The notes beneath the pieces are model-generated. The model did no database searches and was not told the DNA's origin. It was given only the letters and a program-made list of their open reading frames with translations. From contig JAUCBJ010003680.1 of the NCBI GenBank assembly GCA_032718475.1, positions 1 to 49,128 of the forward strand: a stretch of DNA of 49,128 nucleotides. Direction: 5' to 3'. Shown here in pieces: positions 1 through 9,741 of this stretch. This DNA comes from Nemertoderma westbladi. Its lineage: Eukaryota > Animalia > Xenacoelomorpha. The translations under genes were made by a program, and so were the position numbers. How positions within the stretch are numbered: position 1 is the stretch's first letter; each line of letters begins with the position of its first letter.

Positions 1-3000
1 CTAGTTTCCACTACCGCCTCCCTGGATATTAAAAGGTACACATCTTCTAATTTTAAGAATCCTCCCCGCTCCTCTCGCTGGTATTCGACCTTCCTCCACT
101 CCCGACGAAGTCGATGGTGGAGTCGTCCTATGATTTTTAATAGGACTGTAGGGGTATTCCCGTAATCAAGTTGTCCAATTGATCTTAAGGTAGTGATAGC
201 GTTCTTGATCTCGTCAGCTAGTTTTAGTAAGTCGACGGGTTTAGTGATAGCCCCTCCCTTACAGAGTTCCTCTATTACTGACCTGGCCATGCTCACTGTA
301 CCTCCGTATATTGAAGTTAAACGATCGTACGCTAGTTCGAAAGCGTCCGGTACACCGACGAAAGTCTCCGCCAAACGTTTAGGTTCTCCTGACAACGTTT
401 GGAGCAGGTAATTGAACTTCTCCCGTGATGTAAAGGCGCACACGGCGATCTGGGATTCGATATAGTCTACGAAAGTATGCCAGTGTTTTGAGCTACCGGA
501 AAACTTCGGTGGTTGTTGTACCGGCAATCCCTGTCTGGCTGCGAATTTCGCTATCTCCTCGGCAACGTTCAGAGTTTCGCGTCCTTGGTTGGTAACCTTG
601 TTGATATCCCTTCTTGGCGCTTTTCCCTGATACGATGTGGGGTTTGAAGGTACCGGTCTTTGTGGTACCTTCGGGTGTCTATTGTGTTCGAATTCGGAAT
701 TTCTCGAACTGTCGGTGTAACCTTCCTCCAGACGTTCCTCGATCTGAGCCAACTTATTGACAACTGGTCGCAGAATGTCGGCGAACTGTTGTGTACTAAT
801 TGCGTCCGTTGGTTGTAACGCCTTCTGTGTTGGTGTATTCTGTGGAGGATTGTCTGCAAAGGAGTTGTCTGAACGCTCGCGTTTATATTCATCGGCCGCC
901 CCTGTTCTAAATACCTCGCGTTTCGGGTAATCCGATTCGCTCGAAGTACTACTATCATCTGGATATGGTGGTCGACGTGCTCGCGTTCGTTGCGTCGTAC
1001 GAATTCTCACGTTACGTTTCGGAACATCGTCCACTGATCTCCGTTGTTCGGTAGGCTCACAAGTCTTCCTCGAAGTCGTAGATTGCGATGTAAACTGGTT
1101 GATCGGTCGCGTATCCACTAGTCTCCGTTGTTCGGTAGGCTCACAAGTCTTCCTCGAAGTCGTAGATTGCGATGTAAACTGGTTGATCGGTCGCGTATCC
1201 ACTGTTCTCCGTTGTTCGGTAGGCTCACAAGTCTTCCTCGAAGTCGTAGATTGCGATGTAAACTGAACCGGTCGCGTATCCACTGTTCTCCGTTGTTCGG
1301 TAGGCTCACAAGTCTTCCTCGAAGTCGTAGATTGCGATGTAAACTGAACCGGTCGCGTATCCACTGTTCTCCGTTGTTCGGTAGGCTCACAAGTCTTCCT
1401 CGAAGTCGTAGATTGCGATGTAAACTGAACCGGTCGCGTATCCACTGTTCTCCGTTGTTCGGTAGGCTCACAAGTCTTCCTCGAAGTCGTAGATTGCGAT
1501 GTAAACTGAACCGGTGGTCGAGTGACAGCATTTGAATCCAAAGGCCTTGTTGGTCGAAACGTCATTGGGTAAGCGTAGTGTGTAACGGGTTTAGGTGTCG
1601 ACGGTGGACTCACCTGTTTTGTCGTCAGTAGCGCAGGTCCGGTCAATAAACTACTACGATCCGTAATCGGTGGGTTACTTACCTTGACTTTCGGAATAGG
1701 CGACGACGTTGCTCTTGGCGGTGTAAACTCGTCCGGAATAACAAACCTGTGTTCCGTCGCACCATGGATAGGAGAAATGTTACTACTACCCGCAATCGAA
1801 ATAGGTTCCTTAGTCGTAACCGGTGCAAACATATGAGTTACCTGTGGGAATCGTTGACACAAGTCCTTTACTAATTGTCGTTCCCGTCCGGGTGCTCCTA
1901 CGCTTCCTTCCTTCTTTCGTTCCTGAATTTGGCGATGTCTTACCTCTATCTGGTCCAAGTCATGTCCGTCTCGAGATCTCATTGATCGATCGCGGGCCTT
2001 TTGATCCAGATCTTCCTCGGCGTTCGCTAATTCTCTCGCCTTCTTCTCAAGTTCGAAATGAAGTTTAGCTGTCTTCTCTCGTTGTTCCATTTGTCGTTGT
2101 TGCGCCTCAAACTCTGCTTGTCGTATAGCGGATTGAGCCTTTATTTGCCGTGTTTTCATTTCGGCCCGTGCTTCCGAAACTAACCTGTCTCGTTCTAATT
2201 CCGCCGCTGCCGCTGCCGCTTGTCGCTCTGACTCGGCCGCTGCCGCTGCCGCTGCCGCTTGTCGCTCTGACTCGGCCGCTGCCGCTGCCGCTGCCGCTTG
2301 TCGCTCTGACTCGGCCGCTGCCGCTGCCGCTTGTCGGGCAATGTCTCGCTCTAACCATTCTACTTCAGCTGCTTCTAATTCAGCTTGTTCCTGTAGATGA
2401 GAGATTCTCGCTATATTCGCAACGCGTAGCTTCTCTTCCTCTACTGCTGCCTGCATCACTAGAAGTTGAGCTTGTTCCTCCATTTCTCGTCGTTGTCGGC
2501 AGAATTCTTGCTGTTGTCGAGCAACTTCTGACGTGACCATACTTCCCTCGCAGATTTCGCTACGAATACTTACCAGCGATTGATTTAGTATTCCCGGTGC
2601 CGATTCGATTTGTGCGAGTGAAGTTTCCCTCGTAGCCTCCGGCACGGTTTCCCAATCCCCGACGTCTTCGCCGCACATGCGCAAGTGATCCGTCAGGTGT
2701 TTCAATTGTCCATCCAGTCGGTACAGTTCCTGTTCTTCCTCGGGCTGTAATAATTCGTCCGAAACTGACTCACCTAACAACTGGTCCGCTTGTTCCTGTT
2801 GTATCTGTCTAATCGTCGACTTAAACTGAATCAGTTTCTCTCTAGTGATCATTAGTTTCTCGAGGATTCTAAGTTGAGTATCCATGTCCTGTCTCTGTCT
2901 AGCTAGATCTTGTAGGCCAACTAGATTATCTACGGACTTATATACTTTACTCTGTACTCTAACCTGGAGGGTGTAGAACTCGAATCGAGACATCGGAGCG

Positions 3001-3338
3001 GTCAACCCGTCTAATATGCGTTGGCCTTCTCCAATACTCCTGGTTATATGCGCCATGTATCCACCGACGCTTCTAACCACACTTTCTGTGCTTCCTGCTG
3101 AACTTACCATTTCCGTTTCCCTGTATCTAGGTTGCGGAACAGTTAGAAAGTCCTCGGTCCTGCCGTCGCCTCGTACTACGGCATCCGGTACTCCCGTTGG
3201 ATGTACTGGTGACGCACACGGTGTAGGTTCGGTAGGCTCGCGAGTCTTCCCCTGTTGTTCTTCCGCTGCTGACTTATCCGCGTCACATGAGTCATAGTCG
3301 GTTTGTGTATTTTTCGTATAGTCTTGTTTGTCACTCAT
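1..3338 (-). CDS. BEL/Pao Gag(-Pol) polyprotein, N-terminal >1100 aa, open at the left window edge
   Basis: ATG at 3338 (MSDKQDYTK...). The same frame reads through the coiled-coil and repeat regions and gives LPVQQPPKFSGSSKHWHTF...EKFNYLLQTLSGEPKRL...AYDRLTSIYG near 530-300, a typical BEL Gag (DUF1759) signature. No stop seen in the segments translated; its absence from the ORF track is consistent with no in-window stop. Confidence 0.85.
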   Translation of the reverse strand, partial: MSDKQDYTKNTQTDYDSCDADKSAAEEQQGKTREPTEPTPCASPVHPTGVPDAVVRGDGRTEDFLTVPQPRYRETEMVSSAGSTESVVRSVGGYMAHITRSIGEGQRILDGLTAPMSRFEFYTLQVRVQSKVYKSVDNLVGLQDLARQRQDMDTQLRILEKLMITREKLIQFKSTIRQIQQEQADQLLGESVSDELLQPEEEQELYRLDGQLKHLTDHLRMCGEDVGDWETVPEATRETSLAQIESAPGILNQSLVSIRSEICEGSMVTSEVARQQQEFCRQRREMEEQAQLLVMQAAVEEEKLRVANIARISHLQEQAELEAAEVEWLERDIARQAAAAAAESERQAAAAAAAAESERQAAAAAAAAESERQAAAAAAELERDRLVSEARAEMKTRQIKAQSAIRQAEFEAQQRQMEQREKTAKLHFELEKKARELANAEEDLDQKARDRSMRSRDGHDLDQIEVRHRQIQERKKEGSVGAPGRERQLVKDLCQRFPQVTHMFAPVTTKEPISIAGSSNISPIHGATEHRFVIPDEFTPPRATSSPIPKVKVSNPPITDRSSLLTGPALLTTKQVSPPSTPKPVTHYAYPMTFRPTRPLDSNAVTRPPVQFTSQSTTSRKTCEPTEQRRTVDTRPVQFTSQSTTSRKTCEPTEQRRTVDTRPVQFTSQSTTSRKTCEPTEQRRTVDTRPVQFTSQSTTSRKTCEPTEQRRTVDTRPINQFTSQSTTSRKTCEPTEQRRLVDTRPINQFTSQSTTSRKTCEPTEQRRSVDDVPKRNVRIRTTQRTRARRPPYPDDSSTSSESDYPKREVFRTGAADEYKRERSDNSFADNPPQNTPTQKALQPTDAISTQQFADILRPVVNKLAQIEERLEEGYTDSSRNSEFEHNRHPKVPQRPVPSNPTSYQGKAPRRDINKVTNQGRETLNVAEEIAKFAARQGLPVQQPPKFSGSSKHWHTFVDYIESQIAVCAFTSREKFNYLLQTLSGEPKRLAETFVGVPDAFELAYDRLTSIYGGTVSMARSVIEELCKGGAITKPVDLLKLADEIKNAITTLRSIGQLDYGNTPTVLLKIIGRLHHRLRREWRKVEYQREERGGFLKLEDVYLLISREAVVET
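1031..1514 (-). repeat. Coding tandem repeat in gag, 6 x 81/84 bp (TRPVQFTSQSTTSRKTCEPTEQRRTVD)
   Basis: Unit starts at 1031, 1115, 1199, 1280, 1361 and 1442; all spacings are multiples of 3. Confidence 0.95.
2200..2337 (-). repeat. Coding tandem repeat in gag, ~3.5 x 39 bp (ESERQAAAAAAAA)
   Basis: Repeated ccgctgccgctgccgcttgtcgctctgactcgg units. Confidence 0.9.
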
Positions 3339-5445
3339 TTCGGTAGTTGTAAGTCAAGTAAAGTGAGTGTCAAAGTATCGAGTTTACCGTATTTATCTAA
3401 ACGGTACTAATTACAGTCTTATAAAATTAGCCTACCGGCCGATTTTATAGCAGATGGATAAAATTAGCCTAAAACGGCCAATTTTACAGCAAATAAATGT
3501 CACGGAATAAGTATATAATAAAATTAGCCTAGCGGCCAATTTTATAACAAATAAATCGGATAACGATATGCGTTATCAAAAGGTAAATTAAATACAATAA
3601 TACGGACTAATTCAGCAATGAACAAAGAAATCATACGGAATGCATAAATACTTGAGACAGTGGAACCCACAATAATTTTAACTAATACGGTAATGCCTAA
3701 CTTATTTATGCAACTTTTCGAACTCACCCACTCCAATAATTCTCCAGAAAAACAGATTCCCAGATACAAACCGGACGTGAACCTTTCCGTTTTTAACGTT
3801 GCGGACGAAACGCGATTTTCCCAACCAAAGTTGTTGAGTTATCTATCTCCCAAACTTGCTAAACACGGTCTTGCTCCCGTTACAGTCTAGAAATGAGTTC
3901 TGAATCCTGAAAAACAAAAGAGTTAGGTTTTACTTTACGAAAATTTTGTACCGGTACAATATGGTATTTAAACCCTTTTAAACACCGGTATTCAATTCCA
4001 AAAATATTTTACACGCGGTTCAAATCAAATTTTTATTTCAAAAAATTAGCACTTAGCTAATCAAATACAAATTTTACCTCAAAATACAAAATTTTCAAAT
4101 AACTTTAGTCCTACCGAACCGTAGTTCAGTAAAACACATTCCTACTATTGGAAGAGACGGTAACAATACCTGCAATATCCTACTGTAAAGTTTGTAAATC
4201 AAATCATAAATCCGACCTTCTCACCAAAACAGTAAACTCTAAGTAAGCGAATATATTGCAGTATCGATCTCTTATAACCGGTGAGGCAGAAAACAGTCTA
4301 CGAGCAGACAAACTTCGATAAAACAAATCCCGCGCAGCGAATCCTAAAATCAGGCTGACTCACTGACGGACTAAGGGGCTCGTATACCTTGCCGCGGTGT
4401 GATTTATATGGTTGGGCGAAGAGACGCTAGCTAGGTACAGGCAGAGATTTGGAGATGTCTAACTAGCGGGCAAAGCACAGTACGGACAAAGTTAATTTTA
4501 TATATTTCGAGGTGTAAATAATTTCTAACGCGCGTGTGTTAATTCTGAACGGTCAAAACAGTTTTGCTCCTTCACATATATAATTACTGGGTACGGTGTG
4601 CATTTTACGAATATTCTAATTTTGTAACTTGTAGGTCCAATACTCACGAATGATAAGGTTCCTTCCCCTCTTGCGTATTTCCAGGACTCAAATTCAGGCA
4701 TAAGGTTAATACTACGCCCAGAATTCGGCAATTTTAGGTACCAGGTCCCTGATACTAAGAAGAGATGTGTTAGTTTACTACTGTAGGCGTACGGGTACTA
4801 ATAGCTATCCTGGCTCCTATCTAGAATTTTAGTCACCCAGGTAGTCCGGGTAACTTCCTATTAGGGCGTTGGCGGGGACACGGTAGATGTTAGTATATCC
4901 CTGATAGCCTCAATTTATTTGCGCCTAGTACGTAAACTGCCCTACCGCCTGAACGGTACAATCCCAATTCAGGTGAAAACACAGCAACCCCCCTAGCCTA
5001 CAAGTTCTAATGCAATGGACACTGTCGTACTGCAAATAGTCGCACACGCACCTGTACTTAGCAAGAGTTAAGCGTACAGTTTGCTGCACCCTAACCAATG
5101 TGTATGCCTTGTACCGGTGTGCCTACGTCCTATCTGCGTACTAGTATCTGCCTGCGCTCTCCCTCCCCCCCCGTAGGAATGTGAAGGTCTACTGTGGGTT
5201 TTCCTGAATCAAGACAGTACAGTCCCTATGATGTAATTTTGGGCTTACAGCGTGTCACTACTTCTACCTTTTGATCTTTTGGTCTTACACTTAGGTAGCA
5301 AGGATCGAACGCTGTCTAACCTTTCAGGCGATGGGCGAATAACTCTAAATGGTATTGCGGGTTGTCTCTCGTCTACATTCCCGTGATGTTCCCGTTCATT
5401 GCTGCGGCCCGATCTCTAGCCGGCCATCCTGTCCCTGAGTTTGTT

Positions 5446-5461
5446 CACCGTAGTGAATCCA
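5446..5461 (-). promoter_or_regulatory. Putative primer-binding site of the BEL element (TGGATTCACTACGGTG)
   Basis: TGG immediately follows the LTR-terminal ...TTTTATCA; cognate tRNA not recognised. Confidence 0.55.
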
Positions 5462-5640
5462 TGATAAAACAGATAGAAAAGGGCTGAGATGTGACTAGTA
5501 TTTCTGACTTTTATTACAAAAGATATAATAACTATTATACAATAAACAATGTAATCTGAAATAAGACAGAAAGTTAAGGTAGATCAGCAAGTGAGATTGA
5601 ATGATGAAGTAGATTGAATAACTAATGAACAAATCGCACC

Positions 5641-5787
5641 TTTATATAGCAAATTTGTGCTGCAATCAATCGAGAAAATTCTCGATTGTTCTATGGGTTC
5701 TAACGGGGTTTTAAAGATAGCTATTGGTCCAGCTAATATATAACTTGCACGACATTGGTTACAATCAAATAACTACGGTCTCATTGG
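5641..5787 (-). promoter_or_regulatory. LTR Pol II promoter: TATA box, HSE-like nGAAn array, three CCAAT boxes
   Basis: TATATAAA at 5641-5648; aaTCg-aGAAa-aTTCt-cGAtt-gTTCt at 5668-5692; ATTGG on + at 5723, 5754 and 5783. Confidence 0.6.
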
Positions 5788-5844
5788 TACAGACAAATGC
5801 AATTAATTTGTAGCGGTTAATTTAAATGAGTTGAAATTCTGTAC

Positions 5845-5931
5845 AAAAAATAATTCGCACTTACTAGGATTCGAACTCAATATCTACTACACATATAATT
5901 TCCAACGCTCTACCAACTGAGCTACTGAACC
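5845..5931 (-). ncRNA. tRNA-like Pol III cassette inside the BEL LTR (A box, B box, T6 terminator); not a complete tRNA
   Basis: Minus strand reads GGTTCAG TAGCTCAGTTGGTAGAGC ... GAGTTCGAATCC ... TTTTTT. The D arm GCTC/GAGC is intact; acceptor and anticodon stems do not pair. Confidence 0.65.
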
Positions 5932-6239
5932 ACTTGACCGATAGATGTATAATAGATAGAACCAATACTAATGAGAACTCAAAGCAATCTTTACAAAGTT
6001 AATTCGAATAAAATAAAATTTTGAAAATCCACGGCATTTAGGGAATATAATTCTATAACATACATTCCCTAAATTGATTATCCTATACTTCTGCGTTTAG
6101 TCAGTGCTTCACTAGATAATGTCTATCACAGAGTTTCCCTCCAAATGTCTCTACAGTGAGTTGCCTGAATATGCTCCACTTTATTCTTTATAATTCCTGA
6201 AATTTCTCATTTACTCTCATTATTGTGCACATGTGCAAG

Positions 6240-7470
6240 GGATACCCCAAAGAAATTAAAACAAATATGTTTCTGTCCCCAAGAAGGGCAACCTAACAAC
6301 TTATGGTTCTTTTCGGGGAATCTCATTGATCTCGATTGCTGCAAAGCTATACAATAGGATTCTATTAAATCGCATCAGGGATCCCATTGAGAGACTGCTC
6401 CATGGAAATCAGAATGGGTTCCGTAAAGGTCGTGGGACCATTTGAGCCCATTTTGGTACTTAGAAGGATAATTGAAGAGTTATCAAAAAAGAAAGACAGG
6501 CGGCATCTGGCTGTTATCTTTGTTGACTTCTTCAAGGCCTTTGATTCAGTCTCTCGCTCACGTATGTTCAGCATACTGGTAGCATATGGGATTCCTGAGG
6601 AAATTACTGCAGCTATCCGATTACTGTACGATGGTTCCAACACGTTTGTGTCTACTGTCCTTAGACACCGTTAATAATGATAGGGTGATGGTAACACCCC
6701 CTACTGGCACAAGAAGTAGAGGGAATGTGTTGTCGGAATTACTGGAGGGACCTCAAAGGCTCTTCTGCTCATTGGAACAGGTTGCTCCTAGTGTTAGTCT
6801 TTTTTTAACTACAAGAAGACCATAAGTTTAACACTTCACTGTGAAAGTCATCAAAAAATGTCTGATCGTATGAGCATAAGCTCCAGGGATAGCTTGTGTC
6901 GGCATGTGGTTAATTTCTGCTACTTTGGATCAGGGATCCGGAAGTCAGACCAAGACCTGCGGATACTTAAGGGGAAGACATGGGCAGCATTGAATAGTCT
7001 GTCCAAGATTTGGAAGTCTCATAGAAGAAAACGCAACCTGAATGTTCGATCACTTGAGGCAGCAGTACAACTAGCAGTCCTATATGAAAGTCCATGCTGG
7101 GCTCTAACTGCAGAGGATACCTAATCTCTGGATGGCACATCCAGAATAATGCTGCTCCGTGTTCATTGTTTCAAGTACAATGAACACATATCCAATCAGA
7201 CTCTATACAACATTGGAGGTGTTCCATTAGTCTCCCATAGCTTGACACATGAACGGAACCACCTCCGCTTTGCTGGACATTGCTTTCGCCTTGAGCACCG
7301 CCAGTGCCCAATCTTGTGCTTTGACTACCTGATGGAGAGAGTAAGCATGAGGAGAGCCCATGACTTTTGTGAGACGTCTCGTAAAGGACACTGACCTTGA
7401 AGAAGCGGATAATCTCTCGAGAAAACCATGGTGGATAGGGAGTTGTGACGGTGCAACTTTGTCAGCAACA
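6240..7470 (+). mobile_element. Degenerate RTE-clade LINE, RT to 3' end
   Basis: VPKKGNL, FVDFFKAFDSV, FCYFGS and LRFAGHCFR motifs spread across frames with stops; similar to the RTEs at 17736-21427 and 28447-30210. Confidence 0.9.
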
Positions 7471-8505
7471 AATATATATTCTTTATATAATATATTTGTA
7501 AGCATAAAAAATATAATATATAATAAATAAATAAATAATAATAATAAATAATATATTTTTATTATAACTTATACCATACTATACTTATGCTATTACGTAT
7601 TTATTATTTTATGCTTACTAATATATATACACTAAACCGGATCCCTTTTCCAACGGCGGTTTCTTACATATTCAAGAAATATATCTTCCCACAATAATTT
7701 ATTCATTATATAATATATATATTATAGTGTTGTTGTGCTGTATAGTGTATAGTGTAGTGCTGTTGTCGTTTGTGTGGGGAACCAGCCACTTACTATCACC
7801 TGATACAATAATACAACACCAGTTTCAAAGAAAGAAAATGATTAGACCTGTACCTGTCTCTAACTAACTATACTGAGTTTTTGCCATCGTTATAACTTCA
7901 GAAAAGATCGCCATTCAAAAATTACAAAATTCAACGAATTTTATATAACAAAATATTTCTGAAGCACGCTGTTGTATCACACATTTTAAGTTATTATATA
8001 TATATATTTTAATGGCGTTCTAAAAAACTATTTGTTTCTATTTTGCATGGTGGGATGGTATCCCACAATAATACTGTTTTGACGTGATAATTTTTTTACG
8101 TTATGATGCAAAGCCTTCAGACCCAGAAACAAAGCTGCCAAAATCACTTGCACAGCCATACACTTTCCAAGAGATGGTCCAGTTCAGCTCCTTTGAGCAT
8201 CAAATGGAAGTTAAGCTGCGATTTGTAGGATAGACCTGGGGTTTGGAATTGAGGTGACTTTTCACCATAAAACCAGAAAAGTTACACCTTTGTAGAGGTA
8301 ATCCACTGAGATGATTCCTGATCATCGACCTGATCCAGATCCTGGACACCTGGAACCAATCCAATGACCCAAATAAGGACCTTAAAAGTAGGTAGTTTGT
8401 GTCTCCCTGTGAAGTGGAAATGATGTCATGGATACATATGTAACTAATTAATCTGATTAGCAACAATAATATTCACCAAGAACCCCATAGACTAGTCTTA
8501 GTAGT

Positions 8506-8624
8506 TATACTAATATACTAGATATATGGTGGAGGGAAGTTTGAACGATGACATTGTATCTGTATGTAGAAGGTAGAAAGAGAGAGTAATAGAGCTTACA
8601 GAAAAACGCTATTCAGTTCTTATA
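8506..8624 (+). repeat. Gypsy 5' LTR (119 bp, starts TA, lacks terminal CA)
   Basis: Direct repeat of 12410-12528. Confidence 0.95.
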
Positions 8625-8730
8625 AGCTAACCGGGCCTGTACAGCTGTAGTGCAGTATTGATGTGTTGTTGATAATAGTTCTGTAGTTGGTATTATTGAC
8701 TGTTAATTTTATAAATATCAATGGTGTAAT

Positions 8731-9741
8731 ATGGCTCCGAAGTTGAGCGACTATGTAAAAAAGTATAACGGTAGTGGGGACCCACTGACATGGTTAATGA
8801 TATATAATGACACGTTCGATGTGCTGAAAACAGAAGGCGTTGTCAAGGAGGAATCAAGGGCAACGTATCTCAGGTTATCCTTGGATGGTGCTGCGTATGC
8901 CGTCGTTAGTCAGTTATCTGAGGCGGATAAGTTTAGATGTGACAGAATACAAAATGCATTGATAGCGGCTTTTGCTGTGAATGAGTATACTGCTTATGAG
9001 CAGTTTAAGAATAGAGAATTGAAACCGGGAGAATCGGTAGATGCATTCGTAGCGGACTTGAAAAGATTAATCGGATTGGTGACAGGGAACTTAGTTGAGA
9101 ATGCAGTGTCTAGAAAGATGGTTTCAGCTCAGATGGTAAGCGGTATACCGGATGATATTTCAACGGAAGTTAAAGCTCTGGCCGGAGAAATGGACCTCGA
9201 AAAACTACTCGTACAAGCACGTCGGTTGTTGTCCGAAAAAGAACACAGTACAGCTGATATAGTCGGTGCAGCAGGGCATGGTTATAGCGCAGAGATAGAC
9301 TACAACAATGGATACCCAGGTCGTGGCCAATGGGGGCGGAGTCAACGAGGTGGACGACCATACGGAGGTGGACGAGGTGGATATGGTGGAGATACCGGTA
9401 GGGGATCCAATAATTGCTTTCATTGCGGGAGGAGCGGCCATTTTGCCAGGGAGTGTTACTACAGAAATGGTGGCGGTGGCGCTCAGCAAGCGTTTAGTAG
9501 ATATCAGGTGAGCTGCTATCGATGTGGAAAACAGGGCCACATTGTAAGGGAGTGTACTGAAGTTACGGGAAATTGTTCGACGGCGACAGGAGTTCGGGAA
9601 TATGGTAGTAATATGGAGGGAAACGTGCGAGGGGAGATGGCGGAACATGCGCCAGTGGTCGTTTCCCTGGAGATACAGGGAAGGCGCCGGCCCCAGTCAT
9701 ACAATCAATATGTGGAGGCAAGAAGGCCACCGCGTTGGTAG
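8731..9741 (+). CDS. gag: Gypsy Gag with RGG-rich segment and two CCHC zinc knuckles
   Basis: CFHCGRSGHFAREC and CYRCGKQGHIVREC; capsid-like Q.../GESVDAFVADL motif. Confidence 0.92.
   Translation: MAPKLSDYVKKYNGSGDPLTWLMIYNDTFDVLKTEGVVKEESRATYLRLSLDGAAYAVVSQLSEADKFRCDRIQNALIAAFAVNEYTAYEQFKNRELKPGESVDAFVADLKRLIGLVTGNLVENAVSRKMVSAQMVSGIPDDISTEVKALAGEMDLEKLLVQARRLLSEKEHSTADIVGAAGHGYSAEIDYNNGYPGRGQWGRSQRGGRPYGGGRGGYGGDTGRGSNNCFHCGRSGHFARECYYRNGGGGAQQAFSRYQVSCYRCGKQGHIVRECTEVTGNCSTATGVREYGSNMEGNVRGEMAEHAPVVVSLEIQGRRRPQSYNQYVEARRPPRW
9618..9667 (+). promoter_or_regulatory. -1 ribosomal frameshift signal (G GGA AAC plus downstream stem-loop)
   Basis: Slippery heptamer at 9618-9624 is in the gag codon phase; the -1 frame is open from there into ALVDMGCS; pairing GGGAGAT/GTTTCCC and TGGCG/CGCCA follows. 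Confidence 0.8.

Larger units (their letters stand above)
1..6130 (-). mobile_element. BEL/Pao LTR retrotransposon, 5' portion (5' LTR, ~2.1 kb leader, gag); continues beyond left edge
   Basis: Minus-strand LTR (TG...TATCA) followed by TGG PBS-like start, long leader, then a long ORF ending in a DUF1759-like BEL Gag domain. Confidence 0.85.
5462..6130 (-). repeat. 5' LTR of BEL element (~667 bp)
   Basis: Minus strand begins TG(TG)ATAG at 6128-6130 and ends TTTTATCA at 5462. It contains TATATAAA (~5641-5648) and AATAAA (~5511-5516). The partner LTR is outside the window. Confidence 0.7.

Noticed and set aside
1031-1514. CRISPR-like or independent 135-137 aa repeat ORFs
   Set aside because: Contiguous tandem units with no unique spacers; the listed ORFs are alternative frames of the gag repeat.
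5857-5931. Functional tRNA gene, or self-encoded primer for the BEL PBS
   Set aside because: Acceptor and anticodon stems do not pair, and its 3' end is not complementary to the PBS.
8100-8480. Possible coding exon upstream of the Gypsy element
   Set aside because: Multiple stops in the + frames checked and no recognisable motif.
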